Origin: Rhynchopus sp. YZ270_cl-10
Lineage: Eukaryota
Length of the DNA: 64,000 nt
Direction of reading: 5' to 3'
Assembly: GCA_964035575.1 (NCBI GenBank)
Contig: OZ037842.1
Location: 496,001 to 560,000, forward strand
Part shown: piece after piece, positions 1 to 11,014 of the stretch
Layout of the letters: each line of letters opens with the position of its first letter
Position numbering within the stretch: the first letter of the stretch is position 1
Position numbers and translations under genes: made by a program
The notes under the pieces: model-generated
The model's input: only the letters and a program-made list of their open reading frames with translations
Database searches by the model: none
What the model was told of the DNA's origin: nothing

Positions 1-133
1 CGGGAACACGATGGGTTTGAAACTTGGTTATATCTTCATCGCAGTGACGGTTGTTCAGGATGATGCCGTCACCCTATGAGCTTGCATTACAGGCCAAGGC
101 ACGGTACTTGACTCTCGAACAAAACAAACATAC

Positions 134-1128
134 GTTCCGTGCGACGTCCCTGCCATGTACCAATGCTGCCAGCCTTCCACCACCCAGTTGTGACGCACTG
201 TCGCAAACACCCTTCCCAGACTTCCCTTCCCGAGGTCAAGGGTCTTCAGAAACGCTGTGATCTTCCTCATATCTGTACCAGCGTACGTTATCCCAACGCG
301 ATTGCCTGCATTGTCAACGTACACACACTGCGAGATGACCCCGACGTTGTAGCCCAGGTCCGTCAATGGAGAGTACAGGCTGTACCCAACCGGTTGGTAG
401 TTCAGGAGTGCCAAGTGTCGTTCTGCTAAGTTGTACTCTGGGTTGAGGCAGGGCACATCGAACTCTTTGCCTCGTGAGTCCACAGCGGTCTTGCCGTCCG
501 CAAGGCACTCCAAAGGGTAAGCTGGATAGTGGTCATTGGGGTAGCCGTACGCATCACCAGACCCATCGGGCAAAGCATCTCCCTGAACGCTTCTATTTAC
601 CGCAGGCAGGGTGGTCACGTGGTCGTAGTCAGTGCCGTTGTTGACCAGACTATTGAGATGCATGTAGCCATCAGGGCGGATCCCAAGGGTGAAAAAGCTC
701 TCATACATCTGCATCGTCTGCAACTTCGTGGTCACAATGCCCACCCCATCATAGTTGTCGTTACGAGCAACCATATGGTAGAGAGCCTTCCGCCAGCTGT
801 AGATGTAGTCCCAGGAGGTCATCACGGCGGTCGTCTCGGTCATCACCTGGTGGCAGATCTGGTCGCTTGCATCGTGAACAGTGACAAAGAAAGCGGAAAA
901 CTGCCTAACAACAGAGTCGGCCTGCTGGTTGAGGTACACCTCCGACAGCTTCACAACAGTGGTGCTCCCAACATCAAAAGCACTGCCGACAGACTCCTGC
1001 AGCAGGTCTTCTGTGTCACGCAGGGCAGAGTCACCACTCCACACTGCCATCGACGTGCACAGACAGGCCACCGCAGCGATGCAGAACACCACAAGCCCGA
1101 CATTCAGCGCCCTGATCGATACAATCAT
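134..1128 (-). CDS. Receptor-type cyclase-like protein, copy 1: exon 1 only (gene runs off the window start)
   Basis: ATG at 1128 (MIVSIRALNVGLVVFCIAAV..., hydrophobic signal anchor); exon ends at a GTATGT donor (133). Paralogous to exon 1 of copies 2-6. Bases 1-133 nearly match intron 1 of copy 3 (23855-23987). Confidence 0.85.
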
Positions 1129-2330
1129 TGTGTACAAATGTGCTGTGAGTGGTGTGATACATTTGTGTGAGATGTGGTATGATACAAAACGAACCCACCC
1201 CTTCTCTCCTTTTCTCCTCTCGTTTTTGGGTTTCCCCAAATCGCTATGATTTCTTGAAAGACAACTGAAGTATGTGGACACTAACACATATGTTTTTACT
1301 GGATGACGGACTAGAACAGAGTGAGTTTCCACGGTTCCAACGTATGACCAGACACAACAGACATGGCACACATCTGATACTATCCCAGCGAATCAACGAA
1401 GGATAGGTCAAAACGCCATTTTTTCCGCTGCACATCTGGCACCATAATTCTCTTCTCGCAAACCGCTTCCATGCTAACCCATAGCATATGTCTCTGGACA
1501 CGACCGTCAAGCAGGAAAAAAAAAAAGAATGGGGGAAAAAAATGGTAGTTGACGCAGGCACCTCCGACTGACTTACGTATGATGCCAGCCATCTGGATGA
1601 AAGCACAAATAAACAAAAAGATGATCCTAAGCCTCGTGTGTTGCTACAAATGAAAAATAAAAAAACGGCGGAGTTTTTTTTTATTGGCCAACACCTCAAC
1701 GGATGCAGCCAAAAAAACTAGATCTGCCTTACACAAAGGAATATCCGGACATGATCTAAAAAAAAACTAGGGCTATGTACACCAGGAAAAAGGACATTGT
1801 GACAATACCGAAGCATATTGTCCCTCATGGAGACTCCTCAGAATTGCTGTAGTTGATCTTGGAAATGGAAAGAAAGAAAAAACGACTTGAAACACAAACG
1901 CCTCTGTGGACGCAGGCACAGTCAGGAAAGGCCGTTGGGTGGAGGGGTAAGATCTTAACTGGGTAACATGGCTTGCGTTGCCACGGCGCCGTTCCTGAGA
2001 GGGGGTGCTCCCCTCCCCTCGTGTTGAAGCATATTGTTTGGGGTGCGGAAAACACCTTTAGTTGTCGACGGTTTTGTCGGATTGATACCTTAAGGCACCT
2101 TCTAGGCACCGCGTTATACAGAACGATAACTTCGTGGGTCTGTTCTTGAACTCACGCGGTTCGCGGGCGTGCTATCGGGCACCACTCACAGACCAGTAAA
2201 ACTGGCTGGTGCCTGTATGAATTGAAGGCTTTTTGGGTCTCATACCTGTGTGACCACACCCCAGGTGGTCTGAAGAGTGATCCGACCATTCTCCAGGGAT
2301 AACAAATGCAAAATTCGTTTGGCGTAAAAG

Positions 2331-3100
2331 CAAGGATATCTCTAAATCCGTCCCTTTTGGGCCAAATTCCGAAATCCCAATCCAAAAAATTCCCTGTTTT
2401 TTTGGTGTAGTTTTTGGGCTGTTTTTTGACTTTTTTGTGGGGGGAAAAAAAATTTCCCGCTATGTCGTCAGGGCTCTCGTCGGGGGTGATTTGGGGTCCC
2501 GAGCTTTCCCCCCGTAAAAGCGGTCGCTGCGTGCGCTTCGCGCGCGCGACTCCCTGCCAGTGCAGGGAGGCGTGGCGCTTTCTCCCCTCTGATGCACAAA
2601 AGGCAGGTGGGGAGGGGTGAACCACAATCCGTAGTGTGTGTCAGCCTTATCAGTAACCTACATTTATGAAAGAAACGGCGGTCATGGCACCCAAAGGTTC
2701 CTGGCGAAGCCACGGTACGCAACATGTGAGATCTCCTCCGTCTTCCAACCCTCATAATTGAATGCGATTGACACGTCTTTTTGTGCACCACCTCAAATGT
2801 CTCTGATGCTGGACGTTTGCCTGCAACTGACGCGAACATCCGCACCCACAACTACAGCAACCGCCTGCGGAGCCAATTTTTTCCTCAAAAACCCGGAACT
2901 TTTTTTTTTTTTCCGTTTCCCCTTTTTTCGCTTTATTTGATCGCGTTGATTGATCGCATCCCACAGGCGAAACTCTCTGGGGGTGGGGTGGGGTAGAATG
3001 TACCTGAAATTGCTGTAGGGAAAAACAGGGAATTTTTTTCAGGGAATTTTTTTATTTTCCCCGAAATCCCAATCCCAATCCAGAATTAGAAAAATCCCTG
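2331..3100. mobile_element. hAT-like non-autonomous element (770 bp)
   Basis: 8-bp TSD CGTAAAAG (2323-2330, 3101-3108); imperfect TIRs CAAGGATATCTCTAAATC / CAGGGATTTTTCTAATTC; subterminal AATCCC repeats. Confidence 0.8.
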
Positions 3101-6100
3101 CGTAAAAGACTAAAAAAAAAACTTAAGATTTTTAGTATTCCAAGTTTTTCCCATGAAGATATGTTATCATGGATGTGAACCTTTCTGTTCTTTATGGCTT
3201 GCGCTTCGTATCACATTTATTGCACAAAATGGTGCAAAAGTATGGAAGATTTAAGATGAATTGTACACAAAAAAAAAAAAAAAAAATGTATCTGGACAGG
3301 AAGTAGTTGGTAATCTCCACATTCAGCCACATCGTTTTTTTTTTTTCTTTTGTGAATTTATGCACAAAAAAAAAAAAAAACTGTACATTAGTCCAGCACC
3401 AGTGAAGCCCTCCCCCGAGAGGGCTTGCCCTCTCCCGTACTACATACAACTATGAGTCTTCTGTTGAAGAAGATAACACAGCGCTTGCAAAGCCGCCGCC
3501 CCGACTGGCCGACGACAAACGTTGCACTGTATGGAACGACTCCGGCATCACCTGGACGTAGGATGGATGGTATAGTGGGTGTCGGCACTATCACAACCAC
3601 GTTTTTCAAAAGGAAATATCTGAGTGATATAAAAGGAGAGAGCTCTGAGATACTAGAGACTACTCGAAGAGTACGAGTGTTCTCAAGCAGGAGAGCCCTA
3701 CACGCAGCGAAGCTGCCCCCGCTACGGTGACAAAAAATACACAGAGAGAGGAGGCAGAGACAGAGAGAGAGAGAAAGAGAGATGCATAGAAAATGAACAA
3801 AAAGATAAGGAACAAAAAAGGTATTGACGAAGTAACTTTGGTGGACCCCAAAAAAAAAAAATGAAAGCTGAGAGGTCGGAAATGTTCTTATTAAAGACAT
3901 TTTGAGAAAACAGACAAATGATTCCATTAGGCAAAGTCCATTTTTTTAACGTATGGTGGACACAGCAGCTAATGGGGTGGAGAAGATATGTGATGAGGAG
4001 GAGGGGTGTTGGGGTGTTGGGGAATCTGTGGGGGATGGAATAAAAAAAAAACAATTGGTGATATCTTATTGTGAGGAGGGAAATACCCGCTTTGCACTGT
4101 GTTCGCTCGGGGGCAGGTTTCCCACCTATTTTTTGACACACATGATTGAAAAATACCCTTTGTTTTTTGAAACTTGGTTTGTCGTATAGAGTAAAGTGGT
4201 TTGCATTTTTTGAATCATGCGCGAGTAGTTGATACGTGGTTATGCTATAGTTCGACTGAGAGAAGCCTGATTCTACAAACGAAGAAAAGAAAAAGAAAAG
4301 CTCACGACTAACCTTTGGCGCCCTTTATAGGTAGAACCCTTTTCTCAAAAACAAAGGTGGATAAATAGTAGAAAAGAACGGAAAAAAGTTGGGATGAAGC
4401 TATCCTCTCATTGCCTCGTCACACTTTGGATTTCCTGGGGGGAGGAGGAGGAGGAGGAGGGGGGCTATTGCGGCAAAGCAACGAATGAGCGCTCTGGGAA
4501 CACTCCTTTTTGTGAGGTTGAAGTTACAACTTAAAGAGTGCTGAACTAAAGTACACAAAAAGAAAGAAACTTGGGGGGAAAAAAAATACAAAGTCTTCAA
4601 CGGGAAAAGAAGAAAAAAAGAATATCATAAAATATGCGGGGAAGTGGGTGGAAAAATAATTTAGGTGGAAAGTCAGATTTTTTTTGTTTTGAACAATATC
4701 GAAGTGTGTTGCCTCGTGATGTCACATTGTGCGGTCTCCATTCCCATAGACAACATCTAAAGACCCCATCAAGACAACAGGTTGTGAACAAAAGGAAAAT
4801 CCCTGAAAGAAAACGCGATGATACAAAGGCCCTGCTTCAGCCTTATAAAAAATAGTAGGATCTTGCTTCTTTGACACAGGACCCACAACCGCATCGTATT
4901 CGTAAGAAAAATTACAAACAAACCTTTTAATTTATAAAACAAAAATTGGAAAGAAAGACAATGAACATGCCTATAAGCACACATCCCCATAAGAAAGCGA
5001 AATGTGAAGGTAACAACACCCTTGCGAAGACGCAGGCGCCAGAAACCTTCATGGATGAACTGTACCTACAAACACACGTGGAATATAATTAGAAGAAAAT
5101 ATTTCATATACTTTCTTTTCTTAAATGAAACGAAAAGAAAGCAAAGAGGGTGCGACAAATGTACCCTTGCTTTTTTTTGGAATGTTTTTTAGAAGGAAAA
5201 AAAAAACACTCAATCTGGAAGCCAGATCCCGGGACAATTCTAGAATGACCCAGCTGAGCTATTATTGCTGAGAGCTTTGATGAGAAAAAAAAAATGCCGA
5301 AAACTTTAGACATAAACGGCACCACGCAAAAGGAAGAACCAAAAAAGAACACATTACGGGAGTGGATCAACAATAGGGAAATTACAAAGATTAAAATTAA
5401 AAATAAAAAATCAGGTAGCGAGACACAGCGATTTGCTATGTCTGCGTACGCCTTTTTTTTCGTTCATCTCACTACCTCTTCGCACATCAGCAAGCTGTTC
5501 ACTGTTGGAAGAGGGAAGAAAAAAAAAAACTCCTATAATTGTGGAGCCACTTCTATTTACAGTACAAACAATAAAAGCACTGCCTACGGAACCCCAAAGG
5601 CATTTATTTGGCGCTCCAAACTGTGCTTCTAAAATTTCTGCAATGTGCGTGAAAAAAAGGGGGAAATCAAAAAGACGGATGTACCTCTGTGCACACATAG
5701 AAATATTACGATATCAGATGAACCCAGGCCTCTCATTAGCTTGGTCACCTATAGAAACAAAATCAGTGTTTTAGGATATTCTTTGTGAAAAGTTGTCACT
5801 TCTCACAGCTTTCCCCTCGTGGATGGGTATGAGAGGTCTGCGTGTGTTCACATTTGTTGACACAACAAGTACAAGGCTGTTCTATAATTCTTCCTATAAT
5901 ATAGATACCATACAACGCAAACGATGCCGACTACGCCTGAAAATAGGCATGTCTGGTGCTCCTTGGCGACCCCATATTGCGTACTTAGTGTGTAGTAGTT
6001 GTGTACTTCGTTTTTTTTTTTTGGATTTCTACTAAGACTAGGGTACCAATGTCTGGAAAATCTATATGAGGCGTGGCTGAGGCGTTCTTACAATCACGTC

Positions 6101-7523
6101 CTCACGTCTGAGTATTATTAGTTCACCTCAGCCACGCCTGAGTCGGCCTTAGCGAGGCTGATTCGGCCTCGTTGCATTGTATGAGATACATCCACTCGTT
6201 TACTGTTTGTCGCAAAAAAATGTGGAAATAAAAGACTGAAGAAAAATACCCGCGTGATAAAATGGAGTTTCTGTTTACGGTATTTTCCCCTTCAAAAAAG
6301 AACCAGAAAGTATTGAATAACAAATCAGCTTCTCAAAGTCAAAAAGAGTCTGACTTCGGAAACACTCAGTTGAAGAAGGAGAGGTGAGTGCTCAAACTTC
6401 TCAAAAAAAAAAAAAAGTCAAAATCGGGTGGGAGAGGAAAAAAAGAGGGTGGCGCACCGTTTTTACGGCAAAAAACAAAAAAACTGGAGGAACACAAAAA
6501 TACGAGCAACGGCTTCCGTTTGAGGTAAAGAAAAGAGGGGTATAGCAGGGTAGGGGGAACGAGCTTTTATTTTTGTTCAATAAAATCAGGGAGAAAAAAA
6601 GGCCGCATACTTGTACCGAGGGAACTTGGAAAAAAAATTCTCTCTGGGCCCATCTAGATTTAAAAAAAAGAGAAATACTGTTGATACTGAGCCTCGCTTA
6701 TGGGAAATACACACCGCATACAGGAAGATGCACACAGGGACCCAAAACAAATAGCTGTTGATGCAGACCTCCGGTACGATGCCAGCCATCCGGATGAAAG
6801 CACAAACAAAAAAAAGTTGAAACAAACACCCCACAGGCGAATTGTCACCAGGGGGGAAAGTAACGTTGACAGTGCAAACACCTCTTGGACTCAGGCAACT
6901 GACACTCCGCGGGCTAATCGAACCCGGAGCGTTGCACCAACTGCTCTCTGACAGGGAAACTGTAAACAGGCACACAGTCACCCCAACCTTGGGAAGGGGG
7001 GGTGACATTCAAAGAAATTGAAAGTGCCAACACCTCACCGTTCATCGCACTTCAAAGATTCAATAAAAACACTCTGGAACACAACTAGGCGTAAAGAAAA
7101 GTTGACTTGAAATACAAAGCCCTCTCGTGCACAGTGTACCTTGGTACATGACCGGCTGTACCAAACTGGGTGGACACCCCAACCATGCAGAAAAAAGAAG
7201 GTGAAAGATACATCCACTCACAAAGACTGTGCATATCCATCTGTCCACATTGCCGGGAGCTTGTCTCCTTGTCACAGCGTACGTTTTTGGGATAATGTCC
7301 TTGGGGAAAAGAGGAAAGTTTATTTTACGATGATCATTAGCAGAGCGTGCTTAGTCATCTGAACGGAACAACGTCCGTCTGTATACGGTAGAGACGATGA
7401 AACGCAGAGGCATCCACGCGGTTCGCATCATCAGCTGATATGGTCGGTGTGTTCTCTTGATGCTTTCTTTTTCGTTTTCTTTGAAAAAGTAAATTCTTTT
7501 TTTTTTTTGAGACTATTAGTGAC

Positions 7524-7821
7524 CAGGCTCTCCGCTAGGATTTCCGATTTTGAAAATATTCTGTTGATGGTCCACGTTGGTGGGGTACATGCTTGCGCCG
7601 CAGGCGCACGGTACGCAACTTTTTTTTTTACCAACGCCCGATTTTGACTTTTTTGGGACGTTTGAGCACTCACCTCTCCATATCTTCTTCTCCTGAGCTT
7701 TTTTGACAGGTATAACGGGTCTGAACCACTTAGCAGAACTTTTTTTTTTTTTCTTTTTTTCCCCATTTTCAAAAAGTTCTGTTGACAATCAACAGAACTT
7801 TAGTACCTAGCGGAGTGCCTG
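7524..7821. mobile_element. hAT-like MITE, 298 bp (copy 1)
   Basis: TIRs CAGGC(T/A)CTCCGCTAGG; near-identical to 15070-15367. Confidence 0.85.
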
Positions 7822-7828
7822 TATTAGT

Positions 7829-8554
7829 CAAGCTTTTTCCCAGATCGTGATCATGATCTGGTTTTCAGGAATTTTGGAAAAAAAAAAAAAAAAAAAAAAA
7901 AAAAAGTGCTCGCACACGATCTGCAGATGTTCTACTCAATATTTTTTCAGATGAGTCACCACCACGGTTCGCACGGATCGCGATCCGTCAATTGCGGTAC
8001 TTTTCCGAGAAAAACAAAAAAAAAAAAAGTTGGGTGCGCACGGGGGTCGCGCTACGCGCCTACCGACTACCGTAGATTTTTGACGATTTTGCTCGGTACG
8101 TTTTTCCTTACTAAAACCAGAGAATCTCATATTTCACAGTAAGGGTACTTCAGAGTGTTTTTGCACACACATGTGACCCCACCGTGGAGAGCAATCGGCT
8201 CGCACAATCAAAAGAAAGCAGAGAAAAGGGAAAAAGGAAAACGACAAAAGTTGCGTACCGTGCGCCTGCGGCGCTACTGTGTTCCCACTTAAAACACCCC
8301 AATTTCATCTGAAGTTGGGTTTTCAAACCTGAAAATGACCCTTGTTTACGAGTATGGGTTCATATTTTGCAAAAATTTAAGTCAATAAAATTTTGTCCAT
8401 TTTTCCAAAATGACCCCATCACTTTCTGCAATCGCACCGAATCGGACGATGCGATCGACAAAAACGCCCAAAAATGCACCCCATACCCCTTTTTTTTTTC
8501 GTGATCTGGACCCCAAAATTTTGGTCAAAATCACGTGATCTGGGAACATGCTTG
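7829..8554. mobile_element. hAT-like non-autonomous element (726 bp)
   Basis: TIRs CAAGCTTTTTCCCAGATC / CAAGCATGTTCCCAGATC; flanks (G/C)TATTAGT on both sides; subterminal GTGATC repeats. Confidence 0.7.
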
Positions 8555-8602
8555 CTATTAGTACAGAGTTTGCTTTGCTAATATAGAGGCGTCTTAGGTA
8601 AA

Positions 8603-8657
8603 ATATTAGATTCATATACTTTCAGTTCACAGAATTGAAAGTATATGAATCTAATAT
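8603..8657. repeat. AT-rich hairpin with 22-bp perfect arms
   Basis: ATATTAGATTCATATACTTTCA...TGAAAGTATATGAATCTAATAT; decayed second copy at about 15820-15860. Confidence 0.8.
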
Positions 8658-8736
8658 AAAAAATAAAATATTCAAAAGATGGAGACAGGGTTTTTGTTGG
8701 ATCGACAATCCGCCAAAAGGGTTCTGCACTCAACTG

Positions 8737-8846
8737 CCCACCCTTAACAATCTGATTGCTACCCCGCGAATAGGCGCGTACAGGCGCGTGTAGGACCGCA
8801 TACCCGCCTATACGCGGGGTAAAAATCAGGTGGTTTAAGATGGGGA
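8737..8846. repeat. Imperfect ~110-bp palindrome (decayed MITE-like)
   Basis: CTTAACAATCTGATTGCTACCCCGCGAATAGGCG pairs with CGCCTATACGCGGGGTAAAAATCAGGTGGTTTAAG. Confidence 0.55.
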
Positions 8847-8902
8847 TATGACCACACGGCGCACATCCCTAGGGAGGCTGTAGTCTAAGTGCGTATATTC
8901 TA

Positions 8903-9010
8903 CCGACCCTCCCCCGTGAAATTGTTCCCCCCCAAAACCGGTATTTTGCCGCCAGGGACAATTTCAAGGGGGGGTCGGAGGGGGGGATAATTTCACGGGG
9001 GAAGGGTCGG
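8903..9010. mobile_element. Tiny TA-flanked MITE (108 bp)
   Basis: TA|CCGACCCT(T)CCCCCGTGAAATT at both ends. Confidence 0.8.
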
Positions 9011-11014
9011 TACATGATAAATGACACAACATTGTATTTGTGCATTTTTTTTCAAATTGAGGCATTTTGTTGTGATGTAAGTTGATATTTAAGCTGTGTT
9101 CTTTTTTGCGGTGGGATCGGGTTTTTTGCTGGGTGGTGAGAGAGAGGAGAGAGACCTTTCGAAAATACTGGGAGGGGACAAAACTTGCTGCGTTAGACAG
9201 CAAGGAGATACTGAAACAAATAAAATAATTGAAAGCGCAAACACCCCTACGGACGCAGACACTTTAAAACCCCGACTTTTTACGGTCGCCACCTGATCTT
9301 GATTATTCGACTAGGAAAGGGGAATATTATTTTCGTTGAACGCAGCCAAAAACAATACATCTGAATTTGGCGCAATATGATTTTAAAGGGAGGGACAAAA
9401 TAGGTATCAGGCGAGTAAATTGACTATATCATTCGGGTTTTTAATAACACTGCGTGGAAGGGGGGAAAAGAAAGTTGACTTCAAATGCAAAAGCTCTCTC
9501 GTGACAGTGTTACCTAAGAAAAGAGATCTCGAAGGGATGCGCAATCTCGTATTATCCACCTTATGTGTGATTGCTGACCAAAGGAAGGCGTGTTTGCAAA
9601 GATGGGGACAAACTCTTCTTCTCAGTTTTAGTCATCTAAACACAAAGAATCTTGTAAGATATGCATGTGTCTCTCTTTGTGCACACATCTTTACTACTGT
9701 TGTTGTCGTGCTGGAACATGCTGGGTACAGGTAGAATAGAGAAAAGCTGGATAAGACTAAGCCAAAAAATAAACGTTGGTTTTTGTTTTGTTCGTTGGTG
9801 TGAGCCAAACGGGATATACGCAGATAATTTAGAAAAAAGAAGAAGAAGAAAAAAAAACGAAATGGTTCGGGTATTGCACTGTGTCACATCCTAAAGGTGT
9901 TTTTTTGTGTTCTTCAAGAACCAAAAATAGAATCAAGAAAAAGGTTTTTCTGAAACTGGACAAACAGGCAAACCGAAGCAGGCAAAAGGTTTAAAGTGCA
10001 TTACGCCCACCGGACACACTGGCGGACGCAAGCATCGGGAAATGCAAGATAACTGAGACAAAAATGTACCTCACTGTACACTCTCATCTCCATGTTCAGG
10101 TATATTGCTAACTTTGCCAAAAGTGGGAAAAAAGCAAAACGGCAAAAAAACGGTACAATATGACTGTCCATGCTGTGCGCATACATTTCTTTGATCACCT
10201 TGGTTTCTGTGCAATTAGAGTGCTCCAGCTCCTAATTCTATTTTAAACGTATTTCGGTTTGAGGTAGTTGCTGTTCTTGACGTGCATCAGAAAAAACGGT
10301 GTCAGGTATGGCCACATGACAAAAGGGGGCACATTCAACGAAGGATCGGGTTGGTAGGACCAACTTGGGGAGGTGCAATCAGGCCTCTGACAGGGGCAGG
10401 GGGCATCTGTTGGGGCCAAAGATACCCAGTATGTGATAACCTTGCCTGACAGAATCTGGCCACTCCAATGGTTTAGAGAAAAACTTTGGCCAAAAAAAAA
10501 AAAAAAAAAAAAAACACGCAAGAATAGAAACAACGACACTGGCCATATCAGTATAAAATAATGCCAAATAAAGGAAAGACCGGAGAGTGTGGAATACAAG
10601 GAGGCCCAACAAACACAGGTGGGAGTAGAAACGAGGTGGAGTAACTGGTTGAGGGTGTTTTCACCCCAGCTGCTTTGTAAGGCTCCCTGGAGATGATAAA
10701 GAAGTACAATAGAAAAGGAAAAAGAACCGTACAGTAAAATATTTGACGCACCGAAAAATAGAAAACCTTCAAGACAAACGAGCCTCGGGGATACACATGA
10801 CAAAAAAAACACGAAAAAATCCACGGGCAACACAACAACATTTATCACAATAATTTTTTGAAAGCTATCGATAAAATGAACACACTCATTTGAGAGTTTC
10901 TGGTCTGATAATTCACAAGAGGTTCGTTCTTACTGCCAGAGATACAGGACACGTTGGTGGAGATGACCGAAGGCGCTCCTTGTTGGTTGTTTGGGAAGAA
11001 GAGGTGCTTGTAGT

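Noticed and set aside
55..1371. N-terminal extensions in the ORF track for receptor copies (1371, 13835, 52766, 57083)
   Set aside because: Homology among copies begins at MIVSIRALN; upstream translations are not conserved.
3388..3927. 179-aa minus-strand ORF
   Set aside because: The N-terminal half is low-complexity T/CT runs, with no recognisable motif or splice support.
6068..6165. Short inverted repeats (AGGCGTGGCTGAGG / CCTCAGCCACGCCT)
   Set aside because: Single occurrence with no TSD or family context, so it cannot be assigned.
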